Assembly (NCBI GenBank): GCA_051313645.2
Contig: JBNRSN020000005.1
Location: forward strand, 304,916,001-304,980,000
Direction: 5' to 3'
DNA from: Centroscyllium fabricii
Taxonomy: Eukaryota
DNA length: 64,000 nt
Shown: in pieces, positions 36,626 through 47,480 of the stretch
Layout: each line of letters opens with the position of its first letter
Position numbering within the stretch: the first letter of the stretch is position 1
The notes under the pieces: generated by a model
The model's database searches: none
What the model was told of the DNA's origin: nothing
The model's input: only the letters and a program-made list of their open reading frames with translations
Position numbers and translations under genes: made by a program

Positions 36626-39600
36626 GTGACTATGTACACAGGATCTCTCCAAAAATTATTTTCGAACTGGTACCAATTTTGTCATGGGCCATTATAACCT
36701 ACGTTTGGACTTGCACTGAATCCATTCTTGTTGCAGTCATTTCATCCAGCCCTTTTGCCCCTCATTTACTCCTGCTCTTCAGATCTTAAAGAGAACAAAA
36801 AAAAATTCTGGGTTTACATTGTTAAGCAGTGCAACTGAGAGCATCCATTCCTATGTGGAAGCCCTACTTAGTCCTGCAGCATGGAGCCCAAATAGCAACA
36901 CCAAATTATGCCTGTGGGCTTCAGTCTAATTGTGGTATTGGTAAACTGCATTGTAGCAGTAATGAGGCCCTCTTAATGGAAAAATGCAATAATTTTCACA
37001 AGATTTAATTGTGCCAGCCATGTAAAATTTAAATGGGTATTTAGCAATACTGAAGGTGGAATAAAAAAGTAATGAGGTATTGTAAATCTGTACCTAATTT
37101 TAACTAGCAGAAGTAGCTGCAATGCAGGATAAAATATCAATGTATTAAAGTTTACAACACATCAGCGTTACCACAGCAGATTCCACCCCTGTGTACAATA
37201 TTCATGTCCATATGCATACACAACAAATGCAAACATACAAAACTAATAAGAGAGACTGGTAAATGATGACACATCAAAGCTCTTGAAGGCTGATGTTCAG
37301 AACTCTGAAAGCTACTGTTTTGATAGGGGTTCTGACTGTTCGTCACAGCCCCAATTAATACAGTACGAGCTAATTTCCCAGTGGCTACAAGTATATTTAC
37401 AAACTACTCCATAGCACTGTATTTAAGCAATCGCTAATTGCTCCTAATGATGGGTTTATTTTCTGTTCATCTGATTTAGAGTTCAGCTAATTTAATTGGT
37501 GGAGGGTTAGACTTTCCTGATGGGCTGAAACAGCTAATGCATTTTGATGATAGCTGTTAATTAAATTAGCATAGATTATTAGGCAAGGCTCCCCATCTCT
37601 GGGGACTAAGTGGATGCATTTGTAAAAGCACAGCTTTAGATAGGGGCAAGACAAATTAACCATTTAAAATTTAATTTTTTTTCCAGAGGTTTAGCAGAAT
37701 AGCAAAAATGTTTATCACTGAGTAGCAAAAATGTTTATCACTGAATGGCAAAATAAGACTTTAGGAATGTATTAGAAGTGTTCACGATGTTCAGTGTCGC
37801 AATTGTACAGCTGTCAGTGGGGCACCAGTGGGTTATGAGAGTGAAAGGTGCACATCACAAAAGAGAGAAAGGGTGTCGGGTTATTTTCTGGTCACACATG
37901 GACTGCTTTTGGTAGTGTCCCCCATCCCCTCAAATAGACTGTGGGGAGGGGTCAGGTTGTCAGGCAAAGCACACGATTTGTGCACTTGTGATGGCAATCA
38001 TTAAAACAACTTAGCAGTTCTTCAACAGTTTTCTTCCTGTAGGGGCATACATTAGTTATTCAGATGAAAAAAAAGAGAACAAAAGGCATTTGTGTGGTAG
38101 TGGGGTGATGGAAATACACATCTGTATTATTCCTATGACATCTATAGGAAATGTAGACTCCATGCCCTGCCAGAGCGCACCTTTTGATATTTATTCCATC
38201 CAGCAGTAGGGCAGTGATTTCTTGGAATTAAGTGATGGGTCATTATACTTTAAACACAGCAGAGAGGCATAGACTGGCAATTAAACAGCAATAGCTGACA
38301 CTCACTTGTGCCACCTTGTGACCCTGTTAGATTGAGATGTTAGAGCTTCGGGGCCCCTCAGCCTAGCAAATTGGCTGAAGGTGCTTCTCCTGACTAGGGC
38401 CCGCTCTGAAATGTGCCGCCTTCAAAGAGACCAGCATCATGTATAAACCATAATGTGGGTTTGTGGTGGTTCAGAAAGCTCAGGAAAATTGAGCTTGGAA
38501 AAGATGAGAGATAACAACTGCACAGGGAGAGGAGGGGGGGGGGGGGCGAATAATGACAAACTAGCTGCAACTCAAAGAGGCTGGGTTTTTTTTTGCAAGG
38601 GGGGGGGGGTGAAAAAGCATCCCACAGCTCACACATAAAACAAAGCCAGGCAGATGACATGCAGTTAACAGAAACATGTCAACAGTGAAATAAAGTGAGA
38701 GTGAACGTGATAGAAGCCCCAGAGACACTGTGGAACAAAAATGAGTTTGTTCGTAACATGGCCTGCAAGTTTATGCACATCATTATATTCTGGCTTGCAG
38801 CCATAAAAGCAGTCAGGATTTTTTCATAATTAGCTGTTTAGAATTTTCAGTTTTTACAACGGAATATATATATATATTTATTATACATATATTTCTATAA
38901 ATAAAATGTCGTTTCCTTGTTCAGTTGCAAGAGCTATACCAAATTTCAAATATTTTGTAGATAGTGTGGAAGTAATCACCTTATGATAGATTGACATTTT
39001 ATAGTATCCATTAACTCCTGAACCCTTGTAAGTCTCTTCAGGTAATGAAATGAATGTAACCACTTCATCACGTGAAGAATGATGCTCTTGAGGTTTTGAA
39101 AGCTCTAGTGTACTATAAAATACTTCACCTGTGTGCTGTCTTATGTTTGTATGGTATTTGTAAATGGTATTTTCACTGCTCAATCATTTCACTCTAGGCA
39201 ACAAAGTCTGCATCTGTCAGTCTCCCACATGCTGTGTAATTGGACAAAAATGTTCACTCCAAAATCATTTTACTATATTTTAAAATAAAGCAGTAGATAT
39301 ATCATTATTATATTGATAAGAAATGATTATGTTGGTTTGATTTATGATGTTGGGGAAGATTTTTGGTGTACCACAAAGTCAGCCCTTCTCAATAATGCTA
39401 GAAATTGAGATTTGACTGAATATAATTTTGGACAGGTGAACATGCATTTGTTGGCTGTATGCAAAAATTGTCAAAGGGGCCAAACCAAAACTGTTCTTTG
39501 AAAAGGCCTCTTAGACAGAGTTCTATAAGGGAAAATCTTTGAATTTATGTAGCATATATTGTATTTATACAATGTATATGTTGTAATGTTTTGTTACTAT

Positions 39601-39774
39601 ATACTGTTGGCAGTCCAGTAAAGTTAGACTGACAGTTATGTAATGATGAGTCATTTTATGCTATTAATCACAGTAGCCACGTAGAGTGATTGTGACAGCT
39701 TGTATGCTTGTTTATATATCAAATGTGTGCCCATCCCTCCCGTTCATTCATTTCTGTTCTGTTGATTCACACAG

Positions 39775-39915
39775 TTTTCTCTCTGGTAGGTTCCCCCCAC
39801 ACATGGTTCCACCACACCACAGTTTACACACAACGGGAATTCCCCATCCGGCCATAGTCACACCAACTGTCAAACAAGAGTCTTCCCAGAGTGACATCGG
39901 ATCCCTTAATAACTC
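39775..39915 (+). CDS. TCF7L2: TCF7L2 exon 9 ([SFLSG][43 protein letters not shown]) with alternative acceptors at 39775 and 39790
   Basis: acag ending 39774 and tag ending 39789 are 15 nt apart; donor gtaagt at 39916. Confidence 0.96.
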
Positions 39916-40206
39916 GTAAGTCTTAATATTTGTGCAGAAAGCACATCAGTTTATTTTAATGTGCAACTAGTTCATAACTTTGAAATTTGTAGTCCTGTTT
40001 GCCATGATAAAAATTATTTCAAAGTTTTAAAAGCATGCGTGTCTCTTTTGTCTAGATTATTAAATGCTGACTTTTCCCAGTTTATTGTAACTTTTATGAT
40101 TTTCATTTGGTTTTAATGCTGAATCATTTAAAATGTAGCCTTTTTGGAAGAGGAATGATCACTTGAGTTTCACTGGTGAAGTCAGTAACTGTTCTCATTC
40201 TCTCAG

Positions 40207-40369
40207 AAAACATCATCAGGATGCCAAAAAAGAAGAGGAAAAGAAAAAGCCGCACATAAAGAAACCTCTGAACGCGTTCATGTTGTACATGAAGGAAATG
40301 AGAGCAAAGGTAGTAGCGGAGTGCACGCTGAAAGAAAGTGCGGCCATCAATCAGATCCTTGGCCGAAGG
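40207..40369 (+). CDS. TCF7L2: TCF7L2 exon 10, HMG box N-half ([54 protein letters not shown])
   Basis: tctcag acceptor, gtaagc donor, canonical TCF/LEF HMG sequence. Confidence 0.98.
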
Positions 40370-40669
40370 GTAAGCAGTCTAAGCCATTGAAAATCACCAC
40401 TTCCTAACCTAAAGCACACAAGACCAGGTTGGAGATAATAATCTTAGTGATCAGGGCAATCAGTCAGTGGAGATTTTTACGCTGGCCGTCAACTATTTTC
40501 CATTCAGCAAATCAGGATCAACACTCTTTAGAGATTGGAAGCAAGTGTTGCCGATAATAGCGAACGACACAACATGTGCCATTAATCTGCTATTTTAACA
40601 ATGAATGGTTTAACACCTCCATTAAAATACCATGGAGAGGCATGTCATACAGACACCGTAAACACCTGT

Positions 40670-41197
40670 CCATAGAATCATAGAAACATAGAAGATAGGA
40701 GCAGGAGTAGGCCATTCAGCCCTTCGAGCCTGCTCCGCCATTCAATGAGATCATGGCTGATCTTTAGCAAGCTAGTACCCCGTCCCCGCCTTTTCTCCAT
40801 AACCTTTAATCCCTTTAGCTTGAAGAAATATATCCAATTCCCTCTTGAATATGTTTAATGAACTGGCCTCCACCGCCCTCTGTGGCAGGGAATTCCACAG
40901 GTCCACCACTCTCTGAGTGAAGAAATTCTTCCTCATGTCTGTCCTAAATGGTTTACCCCTTATCCTTAGACTGTGGCCCCTGGTTCTGGACTCCCCCGCC
41001 ATTGGAAACATTCTCTCTGAATCTAACCTGTCCAGACCTTTCAGAATTTTATACGTCTCAATGAGATCGCCTCTCAATCTTCTAAACTCCAACGAGTACA
41101 AGCCCAGACTACACAATCTCTCCTCGTAGGTCATTCCTGCCATTCCAGGAATCAGCCTGGTGAAACGCCGCTGCACTCCTTCCATGGCAAGAACATC
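40670..41197 (-). mobile_element. CR1/HER1 3' fragment in intron 10
   Basis: ORF 40772-41185 plus tail. Confidence 0.92.
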
Positions 41198-41624
41198 CAG
41201 TTTTATTGCCCTCTATACTAGCCGTAACTTTTCAATTTAAGAACTCTATCTCAACTGAATTGATTAAAAGTGATGCGCCATAATTCTGAAATGCTTTAGA
41301 ATATAAGTGGTTTTTTTCTTGATTTTTGAAGCTGTGTTCTTATTTTAGTTGAGTCATTCCCCTTGCCCTCCCTCAAACACTTAACAGTGTAAAGGTGATG
41401 ATTCTCCTGTCTGTTTCACAATAAATCCTAGTCTGGCTTTTTTGTTACAGTAAATGAATGTGTACAGATACAGCATAGTGTTAATGTTGATGCTTTTCAT
41501 TCTATTGTGGTATACAGCCCTGATATTTTATTAATGCATTAATCTCTTCAGGCATTTTTATACACAAGTATGGATTGAATTAATGTGTTCTATTTCTCCC
41601 TCATCCGACCCTGTTTGTTCTTAG

Positions 41625-41732
41625 TGGCACGCTTTGACTAGAGAAGAACAAGCAAAGTACTATGAGTTAGCCAGAAAGGAACGGCAGCTTCACATGCAAC
41701 TCTACCCGGGCTGGTCAGCACGAGATAACTAT
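41625..41732 (+). CDS. TCF7L2: TCF7L2 exon 11, HMG box C-half ([36 protein letters not shown])
   Basis: ttag acceptor, 108 nt, gtaagt donor. Confidence 0.98.
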
Positions 41733-41821
41733 GTAAGTTCCATTCTCGAGCACTTTCCCCGCTCCCTTCCCCATTACCCTGTTTTTTTTTCTCCCCTCTA
41801 CAGGCCCAGTGGCGTACACTT

Positions 41822-43382
41822 CATACGATTTGGACAGGTCGGGTGATTGGGCAGAAACATGGCAAATGCAGTATAATGTGGATAAATGCGAGGTTATCCA
41901 CTTTGGTGGCGAAAACAGGAGGGCAGGTTATTATCTGAATGGCAATAGATTGGGAGAAGGGGAAGTGCAAAGAGACCTGGGTGTCCTTGTGCACCAGTCG
42001 CTGAAGGTAAGCATGCAGGTGCAGTAGGCGGTTAAGAAGGCAAATGGTATGTTGGCCTTCGTAGCGAGAGGGTTCGAGTACAGGAACAAGGATGTCTTGC
42101 TGCAGTTGCACAGGGCCTTGGTGAGACCACATCTTGAGTATTGTGTGCAGTTTTGGTCGCCTTATCTGAGCAAGGATGTTCTTGTCATGAAAGGAGTTCA
42201 GCGAAGATTCACCAGGCTGATACCTGGGATGGCAGGAATGAAGAATGAGGAGAGATTGTGTCGATTGGGCTTATACTCACTGGAGTTTAGAAGATTGAGA
42301 GGGGATCTCATCGAAACCTACAAAATTCTGTCAGGCCTGGACAGACTACATGCAGGAAGGATGTTCCTGATTGCGGGGGAGTCCAGAACCAGGGATCATA
42401 GTCTAAGGGGTAAGCCATTTAGGACTGAGATGAGGAGGAATTTCATCATCCAGCGAGTGGTGAACCTGTGGAATTCTATGCCACAGAGGGCAGTGGAGGC
42501 CAGTTCATTAAATATATTGGCCCAGAAATTCAGGTTGGAGGCTTCCCGCGAGTGCAAGCCTCCAACCCACACTTACGGACTGCGCCGGCCGTTGAGCAGT
42601 CCACCAGCATGGAATTCCGATGTTGAGCCCTCCTGAACTGCCGGCGCGCTGTTCTCCTGGATCTGAACGGCGAAGATAGTGCGAGGCTTCGCGTGGGATC
42701 ACGTGGGCCATGGAGAGCACAGAATACTACAACCCCAAAACCTCAGTAAATCTTAAAAGAATTTTTTTTTTTTTAAATCACTTTTTAAAATAACTATCAA
42801 TTACATAAATTAGCTATTTTAAACAAACAAAAATAATAATAATTAAAATATTTAATGGGGCTAAAAATCAACTTACCTTTCTTTAAAGTATTTAAAAACG
42901 AAAAACCTGCGGAATTGCTTTTTTAATTGAATGAAAAAAATCACCACTTACCTGCTGAAACCCAGTCTTGGCGCTTGAAAAAAGCTTTTTCTAATACTTA
43001 CCCGGATAAAAAGCTGTAAAAAAAAAAATTAAAAAATTTTTAAATCGCAATTTCATTACGCCCCCGCGCACGCGTTCCGATCCCTGACCTCTTCTTTCAG
43101 GGGATCAGACGTGGCGGTTTCGCGTACATGCCGGAAACCGGCACTTCCGATGGGCCTATGCGTGAGTACCCAGCGCGTACTCCCGCGTTGGGACCCTAAT
43201 TTCTGCCCCATTCAAGAAAGAGTTGGATATATTCCTTAAGGCTAAAAAGATCAAGGGATGTGGGGAGAAGGCAGGGATAGGGTACTGATGTTGGATGAGG
43301 GCAGCCATGATCTCATCGAATGGCGGAGCAGGCTCGAAGGGCCGAATGGCCTGCTCCTGCTCCTATCTTCTATGTTTCTATG
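41822..43382 (+). mobile_element. CR1/HER1 3' fragment in intron 11, split by a MITE
   Basis: ORFs 41809 and 42049; resumes at 43210 and runs to the (ttctatgt) tail. Confidence 0.92.
42519..43209. mobile_element. Harbinger-like MITE inside CR1
   Basis: 3-bp TSD att; TIR ggcccagaaatt / aatttctgcccc. Confidence 0.8.
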
Positions 43383-43645
43383 TCAGTTTAATGTTACAAA
43401 TAATGATTAGGGTGAAGCCAACAGTGCCCAGCCGTCTTCAGGAACGTGTGCGTGCCACAGAGCTGTCCTGCATATTGCTTTTGCTTCTCCGTGCTGATCG
43501 AACAGAGCATTAAAAAAAAAATCTTTTGAGGTGTTTTTGATTCTTATTGGCGTAGTTTTGTGAACCTAATGGGCAAACTGAGCTTGTGCTTTTTTTATCC
43601 CACCACCCTCCTCCCCATCTCCCATTTTTTCTCTCTCCCTAATAG

Positions 43646-43694
43646 GGCAAAAGGAAGAAGAGGAAAAGGGAAAAGCAGGCAGGGGAGACCAATG
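43646..43694 (+). CDS. TCF7L2: TCF7L2 exon 12, basic tail/NLS (GKRKKRKREKQAGETN)
   Basis: aatag acceptor, 49 nt, gtaagt donor. Confidence 0.95.
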
Positions 43695-44499
43695 GTAAGT
43701 AGCCAGCAATTATCTTCCATAATAGAGGGCGCCCTTCACATATCAGAATAACGACATTTAATCAGATGAAACCCTAGCTGCTGCTAACCATGTTTTATAA
43801 CATAGTTAATTACAATACTATGTATGCAGTTTAATTTTATGGCTGGTTTGCCTTTCCAAGAGCGATAAAGTAATCAGTGCATGAATATAGACATTTTTAA
43901 TGCTCGTTTTTATAGAACTCTTTAAAAAAAAAAATAATAATAATAATAATTATTGCATTAGCTATTGTAACTTAAAATGTTTTAAAGCTTATTGTAGTGT
44001 GTACTTATTGTCTTGTATTGACATATTAATTTGGGCTGTACCTGTTTTCTGATGCATCCTTCGTGAAATTAGCCTTACCTGCTAGACTAATCCCATTATC
44101 CTACTTTACATTTGCCCTCAGAAGGCATGCATGTAAAATTGACCCTGCTGTCCAGCTCCTATTGCAAAGCACTTTAACCTTTTAGCCTGATTCAAGCCTA
44201 ACCTTACTCTTGCTGGCACTAACCTGCAGGTTCTTTATTCAGTCCACTTCCTTCCTTTTGCGAATTCTAATTAAAAGCTACTATAAAATAATACAAATTT
44301 GTATTGCCACACAATATATTGGTGCTTCTTTTAAATGGGTGAAAAAAAAATACAGCTGTGATTTTAATACGTTTTTTTATGAAATTAGAGGGCATCGCTG
44401 ATCACTGGTAACAGTTAAATTGATTTATTCCTTTTTGTTTTCTTGTCTCTCCTCCTTCCATTTCTGTCTCCTCTGCTCGCTTTCTTCCAATTTGTTCAG

Positions 44500-44572
44500 A
44501 TCTGAGCGCTCCTAAGAAATGCCGAGCGCGCTTTGGCCTTGATCAACAGAATAACTGGTGCGGCCCGTGCAG
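44500..44572 (+). CDS. TCF7L2: TCF7L2 cassette exon 14, C-clamp CRARF (DLSAPKKCRARFGLDQQNNWCGPCR)
   Basis: ttcag acceptor, 73 nt, gtgtgt donor. Confidence 0.96.
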
Positions 44573-44846
44573 GTGTGTATCGTTTTCCCAGGTTTGCTAT
44601 GGTTGGTTTCAGCTGGGTTTAAATTGGTACTTTCCCCTTCTTGCTATCACTGTTTCAGTGTTTCGATTGGACGCTGATAACCCCACCCTTGCATCCATTG
44701 TTGCTAGGCAGTGTGAAATTTTTGTTTTTTTCAGTGATGAGGGGAGAATGCCAACTTGGCCAGCTAAACCACTAGCTCTGGCTGAGATGTCACATCCAGT
44801 GAGCAGTATCCTCCATTTGTTGTTTTTGTTTACTTCATGCTAACAG

Positions 44847-44919
44847 ATGCAAATACTCCAAAGAAGTGTCGGGCATTGTTCGGGCTAGACCAACAGAGTT
44901 TATGGTGCAAACCTTGCAG
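44847..44919 (+). CDS. TCF7L2: TCF7L2 cassette exon 15, C-clamp CRALF ([25 protein letters not shown])
   Basis: taacag acceptor, 73 nt, gtatac donor; paralogous to the preceding exon. Confidence 0.95.
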
Positions 44920-45274
44920 GTATACTCCCATTAGGCCGTCCGGAATTAAATACGCCCTTTACTGGATTTGTAGTGCATTCGTGTGACTTTCCTGTGCTCT
45001 AATGTGCTAATATTCTATAGCTTAATGCAGATTTTTTTTGTTTTATTTTCCTTTCTTTTTTTTTTACCTGTTGCCTTTTATTAGCAGCATTGGTCTGTCT
45101 CCTTGCAAGCACTGTCCACCTTTTTTCCCCCTTTCCTGGCCCCCCCAAACAGTGGTTGCGATGGGCCTGTGACCTTGTGTCAGAGATTGGTGCAATGAAA
45201 CCTAGGACAGAAGAGAGAGAAGTTTTGTTCTTGAAAACTGGCTAACTACTAACCACCCATGGTCCATAAAGATC

Positions 45275-45335
45275 TATATATGTATATGTGTATATATGTA
45301 CATATATATGTATATATATGTACATATATATATAT
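45275..45335. repeat. Imperfect (TA/TG) microsatellite
   Basis: tatatatgtatatgtg... Confidence 0.9.
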
Positions 45336-45986
45336 TGTGTAGAAAATTCACCTGGTTTCTACTGAATGTGTAGACATCGCAGTTCTAAGTGCACAACATG
45401 TACTGATATTCTTCTGTGCATGAGTCCATTTTAGTCAGTGAATGTGAAATTTCAACATAATAGAGCTACTATTTCATTTATAGAGAATGTTACCTTATTG
45501 ATAAAATAGTCGCCTCTCCTGAGTAATTATCGCAGCATTGTACAACAGATACGTTTCCAAGAAGCAGAAAGGTGTTTGTGCACTCCAGTAACTATGTCTT
45601 TACATTTTTATGTATTAATCGCCAATTTATTTTTAGTAATTGGGCGTCATACCAGCTACAAGCTCGTTCAGAGGAAACTTTCATTTTCAGGCGAGTGCAA
45701 AATCTGTTGGAATATCTTTTTTTTTAAGTAACACACAATTAAATTTCTCTTTTTTAGTTTTCTTACAATTCGGTTTAACTAAACAAACTCAGACATCAAA
45801 CGGTCAAAGGCTTATCCACCACAGCTAATCTGAGTACTCTAGAACCTTTCAAACTACTCGGTTGCCAATTCTCTAATTCTTGGGACTTGGCTGGGTAGAG
45901 GGAATAAATGTTTTGTCCTGTTTATGTACACCTTTCCCGTTGACCGCATTTGGTTAAATCTTATTTCTTTGTCCTGACACATGCAG

Positions 45987-46011
45987 TCTTTGAAGTGGGA
46001 ATGTTGTCATG
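45987..46011 (+). CDS. TCF7L2: TCF7L2 25-nt micro-exon 16 (13b)
   Basis: atgcag|tctttgaagtgggaatgttgtcatg|gtaggt; same length, position and TCTTTGAA...ATG ends as the mammalian micro-exon (from recall); gives ...PCSL* after exon 14 or 15. Confidence 0.85.
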
Positions 46012-47159
46012 GTAGGTATTTGTTTCTTTAAAGTTGAAACTTTTTGTTTTTCATATACACGTGGTGCTCGATCGCTCTCTCTCTCTTTCGTACTTCATTT
46101 CCCCTACTTCAGAATGTGTTACAGTCTCTCTAACCCCATTTCGTTATCATTAATTGAAAATATACTGTTAAAGTCTGCTGATGTAATGAGGTTGACAGAG
46201 ACTGTGCACTTGTTTGTGTCCCTTTTTAGCATTGTCTTTATGTTGGCATGTATGTTAAGAGTGGCTACCATTATTCTATAATCATGATCTTAAAGCGTAA
46301 TTAAGATACAAGTATAATTGTGCTTCTGACTGAATTCCGTGATTAACAGATACATTTTTTCATCTGCTTGTTTGACTGTGTCATTTCTAATAAATGGTGC
46401 TCAAATTAAAAGTAAATGTTATGTAAGATGCAGCATGGACAATTGCCAAATGATGGACGGACATCAGTGCATTACTGAGCTGCTGCCAGAGGATTGTCGG
46501 TTGATACTGGGAGGATTTGTGTATTAGCAGCAGTAAATTTGAGACTGCAATGCTTGTGGCTAATTCCTTACAGAATTTTTACCATTTCTCTGAGCATTTT
46601 GGCTATAATGCACTGCTTTTGGATTTATGAATTGGTTAATCCTTAATTAATTATGTGATATTTGAAACAGTTATTTTATTCATTTTTAATGGGCTGATGC
46701 TTAAAATTATAATGCAAAATATAGTGTAAAGAGGAATGAGTAAAGAATCCACAAAGTTATGAATGACCTTCAAATGACCTGATTGCATGCTTCTCTTCAA
46801 TACTGCCATTAGCTTTATATTTAGAGGTGCCCCTTTCTCATTTCAGATGTCACGTTTGTACTTGAGGGTGCTGGGTGGGGGAAGTTTTCCAAAAATCGGT
46901 TTAAAAATTGTTCTGATGCAACACTTTAGTCAGACTGTAAAACATGGTGGCTAAACAGCTCTCCAATGGTGATTTCAAATAAAGCCTTGGGTTTCTTGAC
47001 ACCATTTTATCTAATATTTTCTTTACAATCCTACAATTGCAAAATAATAGGGATGAGTATTCCAACTTACTTGGGTAATCTAAATTCACTTTAAAAAAAA
47101 ACAAAAAACGATTTAATTCCAGTTTTCTTCCCTTTCACAAAAGCATTGACTCTTTTACT

Positions 47160-47480
47160 GGGTGTGGTTCCCAGAGTGACCGTTGCCCTCTGACCCAAGT
47201 GGTCATTCTTCAACCATGAATCTAGACAGTGAGCGTTGGTGGACTATTAGGTTGTGGGGGGCATCACAACTGAGCCCAATCCTATCCTCCATTTTCCTTG
47301 TCCACTTCTTCAGCAACGGTCACTAGACAGTGTTCAGGAGCCGGACCCCTGATGCTTTTGGCCCTTCCTTGACCTAGGCATACTGAGGCATATTGTAGTG
47401 ACCTCCCTATACTGCCCTGGCCCTGAAGTCATTACGGACTGGGAATTGAACCTGGGACCTTGCTGGTCTGTGTGGCTCTC
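47160..47480 (-). mobile_element. Old tRNA-headed SINE-like repeat; related copies at ~23290-23460 (+) and ~57880-58050 (+)
   Basis: rc B-box gggaattgaacctggg; shared diverged core between copies; family not named with certainty. Confidence 0.5.

Noticed and set aside
37699-37746. 24-bp direct duplication
   Set aside because: Simple slippage duplication with no further structure
44122-44229. Possible exon 13 equivalent
   Set aside because: No 51-nt AG..GT unit, an in-frame stop and no peptide similarity
44920-44928. GTATAC donor as a possible U12 intron
   Set aside because: Lacks the GTATCCTT consensus
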